DNA of 64,000 nt. Source: a virus. The stretch lies in IMG/VR virus record IMGVR_UViG_3300030110_005581. One strand, given 5' to 3'. Of this stretch, positions 40,715 through 49,680 are shown piece after piece (the first letter of the stretch is position 1; the number at the start of each line of letters is the position of its first letter). The position numbers were made by a program, and so were the translations under genes. Under the pieces are notes generated by a model that did no database searches, was not told the DNA's origin, and worked only from the letters and a program-made list of their open reading frames with translations.

Positions 40715-41388
40715 TTCTTTTTAAAATCCCTATACTTAACTCTTAGCTTATTCAAGGAGCTTACGACTTGTTTAGTATTTAAACCGGTAATTTCCCTTAT
40801 GTATAGGTAAATAGCTTTCTTATTAAAAATTTCTATATTTTCAGACTCTTCGAAAAGAATCTTGACCGCTTGAATAACTTTTTTATCGTTTGCTCTGACA
40901 GCTGCACCTTCCCACAAGACAACGTTATCCCTAAAACGATACCAAAATTCTTTTTTGATCGCCTCCTGCATTGACGTATTATAAATGACCAATGGGTGGC
41001 TGTTGTTGATATCATCCCCATCGTTAATACAATAGTCCTCAATAAGCACTTCTCGCCTATATCTCTGGCTTGTTTTCTTAACTTTGTGGATGAACCAATT
41101 TTTTGTGATCACACTAAAGTAAGAAAAAGCTTTTGAACCCTTGTTCGGGTCATACTTATCTAATATTGTGATAAGCCAGTTTTTACAATCCTCTTTTAAA
41201 TAATCCACATTTGGTAGTGTGGTAAATTTATAAGTGTAGACAATCTTATCAACCATCTCATCGAACGCAGGGCCTATTAAGGTTGCGTACAACTCATTTC
41301 TTGTTTTGGGGTCATTCGTATTACAATATTGTACAATTGCATCTTCGTGTACTTTTGTGAAGTACATGTTTTTTCTTTTACGGGCCAT
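40699..41388 (-). CDS. Phage RNA polymerase sigma factor (sigma70 family, gp55-like late sigma candidate)
   Basis: 229 aa with region-2-like DKYDPNKGSKAFSYFSVITKNWFI and a C-terminal HTH-like IREITGLNTKQVVSSLNKLR. Confidence 0.75.
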   Translation of the reverse strand: MARKRKNMYFTKVHEDAIVQYCNTNDPKTRNELYATLIGPAFDEMVDKIVYTYKFTTLPNVDYLKEDCKNWLITILDKYDPNKGSKAFSYFSVITKNWFIHKVKKTSQRYRREVLIEDYCINDGDDINNSHPLVIYNTSMQEAIKKEFWYRFRDNVVLWEGAAVRANDKKVIQAVKILFEESENIEIFNKKAIYLYIREITGLNTKQVVSSLNKLRVKYRDFKKKWDEE

Positions 41389-41391
41389 GTT

Positions 41392-41691
41392 TTAAATATC
41401 TTCCTCATCATACTCTTCTTGCTCGCTGTAATTAACATCGTAGGTGGCTCTAAAATTTTTAGCCGTTTCAGAAAGGGCTTTTGCGTGTCTTAGCAAATTT
41501 TCTAAAGTAGTGTCTCCAAAAAATCTTTCTAAGTTGTACACAATATCAACATGCTCTTCATACTCCTCTAAGCTCACAAACAGGCCCTCAATTTCATCTG
41601 ATATATTAAGAAAGCGCCGAAGCAGCTGTACTATATACCAAACAAAAAGCACATTTAATATAACTGATATGGTTAGAAGTATTTCAATCAT
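41392..41691 (-). CDS. Small membrane-anchored coiled-coil protein
   Basis: 99 aa. N-terminal hydrophobic helix (ILLTISVILNVLFVWYIV) followed by an acidic coiled coil. Confidence 0.6.
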   Translation of the reverse strand: MIEILLTISVILNVLFVWYIVQLLRRFLNISDEIEGLFVSLEEYEEHVDIVYNLERFFGDTTLENLLRHAKALSETAKNFRATYDVNYSEQEEYDEEDI

Positions 41692-41939
41692 CTTTTGTTG
41701 TTTAGATCCTCTTTTTGCCGATCAAGCTCTTTCTTGGAATTTTTTATAAATTCCTCAACGTGCGACCCAACTTTTTCTCTTTTTACCTCGGTTTGTTTTG
41801 ATAAATTAGAGAACATGCTCGGTTTTCTATAGACATTTTGTGATTCGCACAATTTACATTCTTCAACTGTTTCGGCCATGCCATGATTTTCTTTCCATTC
41901 TTCTTCACAGTCATCACATGCATAAACATAAATTGGCAT
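41688..41939 (-). CDS. FmdB-family zinc-ribbon protein
   Basis: MPIYVYACDDC...ECKLCES matches the MPxYxYxCxxC..CxxC pattern. Confidence 0.8.
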   Translation of the reverse strand: MPIYVYACDDCEEEWKENHGMAETVEECKLCESQNVYRKPSMFSNLSKQTEVKREKVGSHVEEFIKNSKKELDRQKEDLNNKR

Positions 41940-41941
41940 AA

Positions 41942-42175
41942 TTATGCTTGACCGTCTGTTGTTTCTGTGTCTGTTGATTGTTTTAGGTTCTCTTCAAACT
42001 CATCATTAAATTTAACAATGGGTGGGTTAACAACAACCAGCCCTTGGGGTGTGTCTTGAATTTTAAAACCACTTAATACTGGAACAATATCAGATTGCTC
42101 CATAAGGCTTTTTTGGAGTGCCATCATAACTGCTCCGACTGCTTGGTCGGACATTCGCATTTCTTTCAATTTCAT
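41942..42175 (-). CDS. Hypothetical protein
   Basis: 77 aa with a strong SD (AAGGAG). Confidence 0.65.
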   Translation of the reverse strand: MKLKEMRMSDQAVGAVMMALQKSLMEQSDIVPVLSGFKIQDTPQGLVVVNPPIVKFNDEFEENLKQSTDTETTDGQA

Positions 42176-42205
42176 TTGATTTCTCCTTTTTTGTTGCGAG
42201 ACTTG

Positions 42206-42214
42206 ATTTTAACA
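42206..42214 (-). promoter_or_regulatory. Extended -10 promoter (TGnTAAAAT)
   Basis: Minus strand TGTTAAAAT in the AT-rich gap 42176-42253, upstream of the genes leading to the sigma factor. No clear -35. Confidence 0.4.
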
Positions 42215-42253
42215 TGCTTATTTTTATTTTTTAAGTAATGCTGCTATTTTTAT

Positions 42254-42985
42254 TTAATACTCTGTCTCTAGAGAGTTGGAATTTCCAGATCTATACTTCT
42301 GGCCTTTAATTTTATAGATATCAGGAGGCACATTTTTAAATTTATCGGAGTGATATTCTTCATAAAAATTGCCACACTCTGAGGGCGTATATGTAAAAAA
42401 TACTATAGTTCTAGATAAGTTTGAATTATTTCCATATGATGCATGCGGAACATAGCTATCAAACAATATAATGTCTCCAGCATTCGTTGGGCACGCCTCT
42501 AAGTATATGTTTTCATTAAGATCTTGAAAGTTTTCTGTCAACATGCGGTTTGTCTTTTTGCCAAAAAATATACAACCATTTTCCTCGTTAGTGTCACAAA
42601 GCGGAATAGCAACTGAGACATGTCGATTACAATAATTACCCCAACTAGCAGCTATATCTTGGTGTGGCAAAAAGCCTTCCCCGCCGGGATATTTAAAATT
42701 AATTTTATCCTTAAATAGAACAGGAGTATCGCGCAACTTCTCTTGAACGAGAGATAAAAGTTTTGCATCCAAAGACAAGTCTCTTAGACTCCCGTTGTGG
42801 TTTACAAAATATTCTATCCTACTTAATGTCTTTTTGTCTTTTTCAAAATATTTCCACACATAATCTTTTCTATCTTCTTCTGAAATAAGATAGTTTATAT
42901 GCTGTTGGATATTGTCAACCTGCTCAGAAGACAAAAATGACTCAACTTTTTCATACCCAAATGCTTCGTCCCAAGTACTGTTCAT
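42254..42985 (-). CDS. PhyH-family Fe(II)/2-oxoglutarate dioxygenase, PhnY-like
   Basis: 243 aa with HxD (PHQD), a distal His (VPHAS) and the 2OG Arg (SRT). The motifs WKYFE..LSRIEYF, LFKDKINFKYPGG.GF..HQD, NEENGC and GDIILFDSYVPH resemble (from recall) the 2-aminoethylphosphonate hydroxylase PhnY. Confidence 0.75.
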   Translation of the reverse strand: MNSTWDEAFGYEKVESFLSSEQVDNIQQHINYLISEEDRKDYVWKYFEKDKKTLSRIEYFVNHNGSLRDLSLDAKLLSLVQEKLRDTPVLFKDKINFKYPGGEGFLPHQDIAASWGNYCNRHVSVAIPLCDTNEENGCIFFGKKTNRMLTENFQDLNENIYLEACPTNAGDIILFDSYVPHASYGNNSNLSRTIVFFTYTPSECGNFYEEYHSDKFKNVPPDIYKIKGQKYRSGNSNSLETEY

Positions 42986-43554
42986 TAAATTTTCCTGTGT
43001 GCGTTAAATCTTAGAGCCTTGTCGGGTCTCGTATAATAGGCGTCACTAACTTGCCAGCCTTCAAATTCTTCTTTTTGGAATAATAGGTGGTCAGTGGTGC
43101 AAGAGTTTATTGGCAAGTCTCCTATAAAGATACTTTTTTTTGACACTCGCTCCATTTCAGATATCGCCATGTGCACATATTTTTTGTCTGGAAAATAATG
43201 GAACACGCTAAATGAAAAAACAAAATCAAAAGACTTGTCTTCAAATGGCAAATTTGAAGCTTCTGACACAAAAACATTGTTTCCTAGAATGTTACGATGC
43301 TTTTCAATCAAAGATTCCGAATAATCAACACCAACATAGTTACAATCAAAATGCTGCGCTAGCATTCCGGCACCACAGCCGACTTCTAAAATACGAGAAT
43401 CTTTGTTAATTCCCATAATTTTACATATGTTATCTACTACATTGATGGCTGCTTCGCGAAAATTAGTTTTTTCATGACCGTTTAAGAGACAGAGGTCTTC
43501 TGTATTTTCGGCCCCTTTTCGGTTCCAAACCTTTTTCCAATCTGTAGGCATCAA
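42985..43554 (-). CDS. Class I SAM-dependent methyltransferase
   Basis: 189 aa with ILEVGCGAG, VGVDYS and LPFEDKSFDFVFSFSVFHY. Confidence 0.9.
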   Translation of the reverse strand: MMPTDWKKVWNRKGAENTEDLCLLNGHEKTNFREAAINVVDNICKIMGINKDSRILEVGCGAGMLAQHFDCNYVGVDYSESLIEKHRNILGNNVFVSEASNLPFEDKSFDFVFSFSVFHYFPDKKYVHMAISEMERVSKKSIFIGDLPINSCTTDHLLFQKEEFEGWQVSDAYYTRPDKALRFNAHRKI

Positions 43555-46286
43555 TCATTATCCTCATAAATCTTGTGATTAAAAGATACGAGGCCCTTCT
43601 TTCCTAAGCTATTACAATTCGGGGTACCCCATAATTCCTCGAAGAACGCAAATGAAGTAAAGGTGCCAACATCATTGTACCAATACTCATTCATATCTGA
43701 GTGTTGATTCCCTTGAGGGTAAAAGCTTTTAAATAGCAACTTTGCCTTATTGTAATTTTCTTCGCTTAAAAATTGTTCTTTGTGTTCTTGTCCGATCATG
43801 GATATACAGTCACCAACATCTGCTCGACGAACTGTTTCTCCATCACTAGATCTAACATGATTGCCCCATGGTTGCTGGTAGTGGCAAGTTGCGGATGTGT
43901 GTTCAGAGAGGACAAACTTCTCCAAGTCATTTTTGCTTACATTTACTAAATCGCCACAAACCAGCACACAGTCTCCATCAATGGAAAGTGCGGCCTTAAA
44001 CGTACTTCGAATTTTATCGTCTTCTGGATTTAAAACTTGCACATGAGGATAACTTTGCTTAACGTGATCAATTAAATCCGTGTTTTCAGAGCTGGCGACA
44101 ACGTAAGTTTTAGTGTTTTCTATATCGCACTCATCTAACAAATTATTAATCAGAGGCTTTCCTTTGAACGGCTCTAAGTGCCTGTTTCTGTTAGGTTTTG
44201 GGGGCCCTCCTGCTAAAATTACAATGTTCTTAAACCTGGGTTTTAAAAACTCTTTTACCATGTTTACGTCTCGAATATCTTTATCTTCGCCTCTAGTTGA
44301 TTTCATTTTTACCATCCCCTGCAGGGACAAAAACTTTAAACCGTGTGCGTAGATGTGTTTTTTTGAATTATATAAGATATCTCGCGCATCATCAACATAA
44401 TATCTGAGGTATGGATTGTGAGAAGAAACATTCTCAGTGAATGGAATTGTGTTTGATGGCAAGTGAATAACATCAAAATCGCGGCAGGCGCGTTTTCCAT
44501 ACAGCGACAGCGGAGCACTACCTCCCACACAAAAATCTTCCAAGTCCAGATCGCTATTTTCAATTACGTGCTTAGTCTCTTTTACAAACTGCTTAATGTT
44601 TGGTGTATTGAAGGCACCCACCTTTGAGGTATTTATGAACTCTAAAGTAGGTTCATGGAATGCAATAGTTGCATTTCTCCATGCCTCTTCGTAAGTGTCA
44701 GTAGTGTGTACGCTTGGCTTCCCAACGCCAATAATATCTCTAATTTCATTTTTGACGCGCGTAGCTGTTTCCAGACCATCGCATTCAAATAAGATAACCT
44801 TTACATTATTTCCTTTTGAGAAATTTAAATTAGCCTGTTCGTGCGCTCCAGGGTATCCATTCGCTTCATTGCCAAGCCACGCTTCGTCAGAATAAGAAGA
44901 GATGACATAATTTAATCTACCAGTGTCACTAAGTTCAATATCCTTTTGATATACAACAGAGACATTGTTTTTTGCAAAAATCTCAGAGATTTTATCAAAA
45001 TGAGGCTCGCAATGGGCATAAAGAGACGTTACAAACACATGCTTCTTTAGTCTCATGTATTCTAGTGCCATGGCATCCGCGGTATTTCTGTCCAGGCCCG
45101 TTGGGACAATATCCTTCTTGTTTAAAAAATAATCCGCAGAACACATCAATTGTCCTGCATCTGGGGCACTTTCTTTGCAAATAAGGGGCGTACCATAGGT
45201 AATAGCAGCTGCGGTGCGGTGGGCCCCATTTAAAAGCATGTGGAGACCACTGACAGGGACAAATGATTTTTCTTCATCAAACCCTGTTGTCTTTATATCA
45301 TCCAAAATCGAATGGTATGCATTATAAAAATCTTCTAAATTATTTTTAGCAGGCCTCTTTTCGGTAAATCCACCCCACACTTCTAAGTGATTTTCATACA
45401 CTGATTTTGCAAAAAAGCTTTCAACGCCCTTTTCGCGATGTCGGGCATACAAAGTCTTTGCTGGCAAATCAAACCGCCAAGCAGTTAAGAGTTCGGTTGC
45501 ATCGTCAATAACAAACCTATCTTTATATTTGCTTTTAATCCCATAGGCTCTAGAATATTTAGGCTTGCGGCGGATCTCTGATTCATATGACAATTGTTTT
45601 TTGCGCTTCTCTGGCACTACATGGTCGTTATTATCATGAAGATTGTAAACATATATTAACTCTTTGACAAAAGATATTTTGTCTCCAGCCATCTCTAGCA
45701 TGGGAAACATAAAAGCCAAGTCCCAAGCTGCTTCGTAAAAATTGCCTTCTTTGTTTTTAAGATCTTCTATTTTAATTTGCTTCCATAAATGGTGCTTGAA
45801 AGTCCTCAAAGCTGAAGTCATCCATGGTGAATTTCTGTAAGAGCGATTCCTTATTATTTTTTTAGGCACTGCTTTTTCACAAAATTTGCTACGCTCACCA
45901 GAAGGATAAAGCACATGGCTTCCATAAGTGAGCCAACAATCATCTTTATCATAATATTTTTTCAAAAGAGATAATACTTCTCTATTTGCAAACCAATCAT
46001 CTCCATCTAGCGTAACAATAACGTCTTCGTCATCGGGACTAGATTTGATCACCGCTTTATAAATATTTTCTAGGGCGCCCACATTCTTGTCATTCTTTAT
46101 GAAAATAAATTTATCATTTCCTTCAATTTCCTTCTCCACGATAGAGACAGTATTGTCGGTAGAGCAATCGTCAATCAGAACACATTGGAAATTATCATAA
46201 TCCTGAGCCTTCACGCTTCTAATACAAGCCTTGATCCACTTTTCTACATTGTAGAAGGGTACAATTATTTTAAAATGCATTTTCAA
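43551..46286 (-). CDS. Multidomain protein: GT2 + ParB/Srx-like + NDK-like + Pol-beta-type NTase + NTP-transferase
   Basis: 911 aa (the ATG at 46280 fits the SD better). GT2 motifs IIVPFYN..IDDCSTD..LDGDDW. LLNGAHR at aa 353, VHTTDTYEEAWR at aa 527, GGSAPLSLYGKRACRDFD at aa 588, IVILAGG..GKPLI..VCGD at aa 690. Confidence 0.75.
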   Translation of the reverse strand: MKMHFKIIVPFYNVEKWIKACIRSVKAQDYDNFQCVLIDDCSTDNTVSIVEKEIEGNDKFIFIKNDKNVGALENIYKAVIKSSPDDEDVIVTLDGDDWFANREVLSLLKKYYDKDDCWLTYGSHVLYPSGERSKFCEKAVPKKIIRNRSYRNSPWMTSALRTFKHHLWKQIKIEDLKNKEGNFYEAAWDLAFMFPMLEMAGDKISFVKELIYVYNLHDNNDHVVPEKRKKQLSYESEIRRKPKYSRAYGIKSKYKDRFVIDDATELLTAWRFDLPAKTLYARHREKGVESFFAKSVYENHLEVWGGFTEKRPAKNNLEDFYNAYHSILDDIKTTGFDEEKSFVPVSGLHMLLNGAHRTAAAITYGTPLICKESAPDAGQLMCSADYFLNKKDIVPTGLDRNTADAMALEYMRLKKHVFVTSLYAHCEPHFDKISEIFAKNNVSVVYQKDIELSDTGRLNYVISSYSDEAWLGNEANGYPGAHEQANLNFSKGNNVKVILFECDGLETATRVKNEIRDIIGVGKPSVHTTDTYEEAWRNATIAFHEPTLEFINTSKVGAFNTPNIKQFVKETKHVIENSDLDLEDFCVGGSAPLSLYGKRACRDFDVIHLPSNTIPFTENVSSHNPYLRYYVDDARDILYNSKKHIYAHGLKFLSLQGMVKMKSTRGEDKDIRDVNMVKEFLKPRFKNIVILAGGPPKPNRNRHLEPFKGKPLINNLLDECDIENTKTYVVASSENTDLIDHVKQSYPHVQVLNPEDDKIRSTFKAALSIDGDCVLVCGDLVNVSKNDLEKFVLSEHTSATCHYQQPWGNHVRSSDGETVRRADVGDCISMIGQEHKEQFLSEENYNKAKLLFKSFYPQGNQHSDMNEYWYNDVGTFTSFAFFEELWGTPNCNSLGKKGLVSFNHKIYEDND

Positions 46287-47106
46287 TCACCTCTGCTATC
46301 TCTTTTCTTTTTTCGATAAAAACATCTATCAACTCTAAGCCCTTCTTTTTAAACCATGGCTCTTTCGTCGCACCAATTAAATTGTTTGTTACGAGGCCCA
46401 TGTTCATCATTCTGGCTTCGACAACTATTCTAGAAAAGGTTTCCGGAGTACGTGGGAAGAATATTAAATTTTTATTTTTTGAAAGATTTTTTAAAAACAA
46501 ATTTGGAGGGGCTGGTTCAATCAACTCATAATCTATTTTTTTAATTTTACAATATTCCACTGATCCTAGCGTGTTTTTGTGTGGGATCGGAGAGTTCATA
46601 ATCGAACTTTTCTCACTCTTTGAACCCTGCGATAGTTCTTTCAAGAGCGCCAACGTCTCTAGTGACCACAAATTTCCACTCAAATTAACAATATTGTCAA
46701 GTGATAGATTTGAGTTCACAATGTCTGCATGAAATTTAGTTTGACACAAGACCGCTTTAGCATTCTTGTAGAAATCATAATTTACTATTTCAGACTTGGG
46801 TGCAATAAAATTTTCATAAATCGCTGGATTTCTGCTTTTGAGATATTTGTGGTCGTGCTCATAAATTACATACGGCACTTTTCCGTTTGTGATCTTCTCT
46901 TTCAGCGATGGCACTAAGTTTATAAAATTACCTACGATTAAGCCAGAAACATCAGATAGCATTTGTTCAGTAAGTTTATGGCTCTGCACAGAGGTAACTT
47001 TGTTACCCCTGCGTTTTAAGATGCCGATCAACTCTTCATTGCTTAATTCGCCTCCCCCAACTATGTGTTCGACAAAAAAATCAGCGACAAAGAGCATTTC
47101 ACTCAT
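46270..47106 (-). CDS. GT-B fold glycosyltransferase-like protein
   Basis: 278 aa with an N-terminal VGGGELSNEEL and PETFSRIVVEAR resembling the E-x7-E motif of GT4 enzymes. Confidence 0.65.
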   Translation of the reverse strand: MSEMLFVADFFVEHIVGGGELSNEELIGILKRRGNKVTSVQSHKLTEQMLSDVSGLIVGNFINLVPSLKEKITNGKVPYVIYEHDHKYLKSRNPAIYENFIAPKSEIVNYDFYKNAKAVLCQTKFHADIVNSNLSLDNIVNLSGNLWSLETLALLKELSQGSKSEKSSIMNSPIPHKNTLGSVEYCKIKKIDYELIEPAPPNLFLKNLSKNKNLIFFPRTPETFSRIVVEARMMNMGLVTNNLIGATKEPWFKKKGLELIDVFIEKRKEIAEVIENAF

Positions 47107-48391
47107 ACGTTTCCTCGTTTAACTCGTCAAGCCAGCCTTGGACATCCATATTTTCTTCTGGCTCTTTTACATACTCCGTTAGGCAGTTAGCAAAAGCTGT
47201 ATATTGACCCTCTTCACTGAAATTCTTCAATATCCACTTTTTAAGATCCTTGGCGTGTTTCTTGAACCTTCCGTAGTCCTTATACATCTCTCGCAACTTC
47301 ATCTTGTAGGAACCCTGCTTTGGATATGCCCAAAGAGAGCCGCGCTCTAGAACCCCATCCCAAACTGCATGCTCGGGGATTGGCTCCAGGTCGTATTCGA
47401 CGCGGGCAAAGTGAGGCTTCATCTTTTCCTTTCCGCTTTTTTTGTCCTTTTTTGGTGCAAAAAGAAAATCAACGTGACCGCTCCATTCAGGAGCTAAAAC
47501 TGGCATTCCGTTGTAGGCAGCTTCAAATAATGGTAAACCAAAGCCTTCGCCATGTGTCAGAGAAACAAGCGCATTTATTTTAGGGTGTTTATAGAGTGAA
47601 TCCATTTCTTGATCTGACATGTCTCCGTGCAAGAGATATACTTTGCACTGTCTGTTTTCATATTGATTCAGCATTCCGGCCAATACAGTCTGCATATCTT
47701 CCCTATCCAGCAAAGAATTACCACTTGAGAAAGTTTTTAAGACTAGTCCAACATCCGGATTATCGATAAATTCTTCCACAAACCATCTAACAGTGTTTTC
47801 CAAGTTCTTTCTTGGGCCCCACTGTGCCACAGTCAAGAAATTAAAATCTGTCTCAATATTGAGATTTAAATCTACTTCTTCATGTTTTTTAACTGGATAG
47901 TGCACCACTTCAATGTCTTTATTACATCTCAGCTCTGCCTTTTCGCCAGTTCTATTGTCGATGCCGTCGTACACGCTATTTAAAAAGACTTGTTTTGAGT
48001 GTTCTGAAACGACAACGATCTTGTTCATAAAATTAGCTTTTTCCAGCCATACCGGGGCGACCCTACTAGTCTCTATCCCCGCTGTAACGCCGATATTAAT
48101 CGGGGCCATCGGCTGCCATTCATTGGGGATTGTTACTTGAAGGCTGATATCATATTGAGGCTTTCCGCCGCTTCGATGATGGTAGACAGCTGTTTTTTGA
48201 ATCAATTCATCAATCCAAGCCCTTTCCTCATCATCTCCCGATATCCACCCACACTTGCCCCAATTAACAGGTATAACATGTATATCATATTTATCCTCAA
48301 CACTACGCAATGCCCTCAAGACAAATCTGCCGTGCTCTCCATACCCAGAACGGGTCAATACTGGTGCTCTTACTATTACTTTTTGTTTCAT
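47099..48391 (-). CDS. Glycosyltransferase family 4
   Basis: Start revised to MKQKV at 48391 (TAATG coupling, SD GAGG). Motifs RSGYG, RKNLE and THGEGFGLPLFEA. Confidence 0.88.
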   Translation of the reverse strand: MKQKVIVRAPVLTRSGYGEHGRFVLRALRSVEDKYDIHVIPVNWGKCGWISGDDEERAWIDELIQKTAVYHHRSGGKPQYDISLQVTIPNEWQPMAPINIGVTAGIETSRVAPVWLEKANFMNKIVVVSEHSKQVFLNSVYDGIDNRTGEKAELRCNKDIEVVHYPVKKHEEVDLNLNIETDFNFLTVAQWGPRKNLENTVRWFVEEFIDNPDVGLVLKTFSSGNSLLDREDMQTVLAGMLNQYENRQCKVYLLHGDMSDQEMDSLYKHPKINALVSLTHGEGFGLPLFEAAYNGMPVLAPEWSGHVDFLFAPKKDKKSGKEKMKPHFARVEYDLEPIPEHAVWDGVLERGSLWAYPKQGSYKMKLREMYKDYGRFKKHAKDLKKWILKNFSEEGQYTAFANCLTEYVKEPEENMDVQGWLDELNEETYE

Positions 48392-49671
48392 TATAGTTTC
48401 CTCATTTCCCACGATTTGTAGCCGCGGCGTGTATCCCAAGATCCCATCTCTTCGTGAATCATGGTTAAAGTCTCATCCCAAGAATTGCAATAATTTTCAA
48501 AATTATAATTTTTTACAACATGCTCTCTTCCTAGTTTGCCCATTTTTTGTCGCTCTTCTTTGGGCATTTCATAAAGCTTAACCAAGGCATCAACCACATC
48601 TTTTCCGCTCACTCGGTCTTCGTAGATCCATGGAATTTCTTGAGAACCGATTATTGCTTTAGCGGCAGGCTCAATACCAACACCAAACCAATTTTCTCCA
48701 TCAGTCACCTGCTCTTGCAAACCGCCGGTCATATTAACAATAATCGGAGTTTCGCAAGACAGCGATTCTAAAGTTCCTAGACCAAAACCTTCTGCGTCAG
48801 CTACATTGATAGTGGCATCGCACATATTGTACATAAGGGAAAGTACCATTGGATCGACCTTGTTTTGAGAAAACAGAACCTCGCCATTTACTAAGCCCAG
48901 ACTTTTAATAATCGCCTCAAGGTCTTGTCCGTGGGGGTCCTTTACATCAGTGTGCATAAGCAAAGATGCCTTATCGTGCCCCACCTTATCCAAAAACTCT
49001 TTAAACCAGTAAATCAAGGATCCACTATGTTTTCTCCTAGCATTTCTATTGTTCCAAAATACCAAAAATTTATCTTCATCATAGCTGTTTCCAAATGATT
49101 TTCCAAAAGAATTCTTAGCGAATTCTCGTACTTCACCTGCATCATGGCGAGAAAAGATTTGAGAATCCACTGCATGGGGAAGATATAAAGATTTTACTTT
49201 TGGCGCGACATCCTTAACACACTTATCTGTGACTTTTGAGATACATGCAATGAAGTCATTTGATTCATAATATTTCCTATTAAACATTGGCGAAGGGCCA
49301 TTATCCCACACATGGTAATAAACCATTGGCATAAGTGGGCGAATTTCGTGCTCCATTTCCCACAACCAACCCCAAAATCTAGGATCTGTCATAAACCATA
49401 AAATATCTGGCCTCTCTTTTCTTAAGACAGACCTCAACAATTCTTGATTTCCGTAACCATCAACTGGGAGTGTAACCCAATCTTTACCAAACTCTTCAGT
49501 TTGAAGTGGCTTATAATCATGGTGCTTCATCGCACCACCCAGACTGAAAAAAGTATATCTTCCAGTTCTCAAAAGTGACTCAATCATATATTTTGTTTGA
49601 GTGCCCACACCAGAAGGCGCAAAAGGCATATCACTTAATGTTAAAATTTTAATTTTCTTTTGTGTTTCCAA
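48391..49671 (-). CDS. Glycosyltransferase family 4
   Basis: 426 aa with SGVGTQT, RNARRK and AEGFGLGTLESLSCETPII. Confidence 0.88.
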   Translation of the reverse strand: METQKKIKILTLSDMPFAPSGVGTQTKYMIESLLRTGRYTFFSLGGAMKHHDYKPLQTEEFGKDWVTLPVDGYGNQELLRSVLRKERPDILWFMTDPRFWGWLWEMEHEIRPLMPMVYYHVWDNGPSPMFNRKYYESNDFIACISKVTDKCVKDVAPKVKSLYLPHAVDSQIFSRHDAGEVREFAKNSFGKSFGNSYDEDKFLVFWNNRNARRKHSGSLIYWFKEFLDKVGHDKASLLMHTDVKDPHGQDLEAIIKSLGLVNGEVLFSQNKVDPMVLSLMYNMCDATINVADAEGFGLGTLESLSCETPIIVNMTGGLQEQVTDGENWFGVGIEPAAKAIIGSQEIPWIYEDRVSGKDVVDALVKLYEMPKEERQKMGKLGREHVVKNYNFENYCNSWDETLTMIHEEMGSWDTRRGYKSWEMRKL

Positions 49672-49680
49672 AATAACCCC

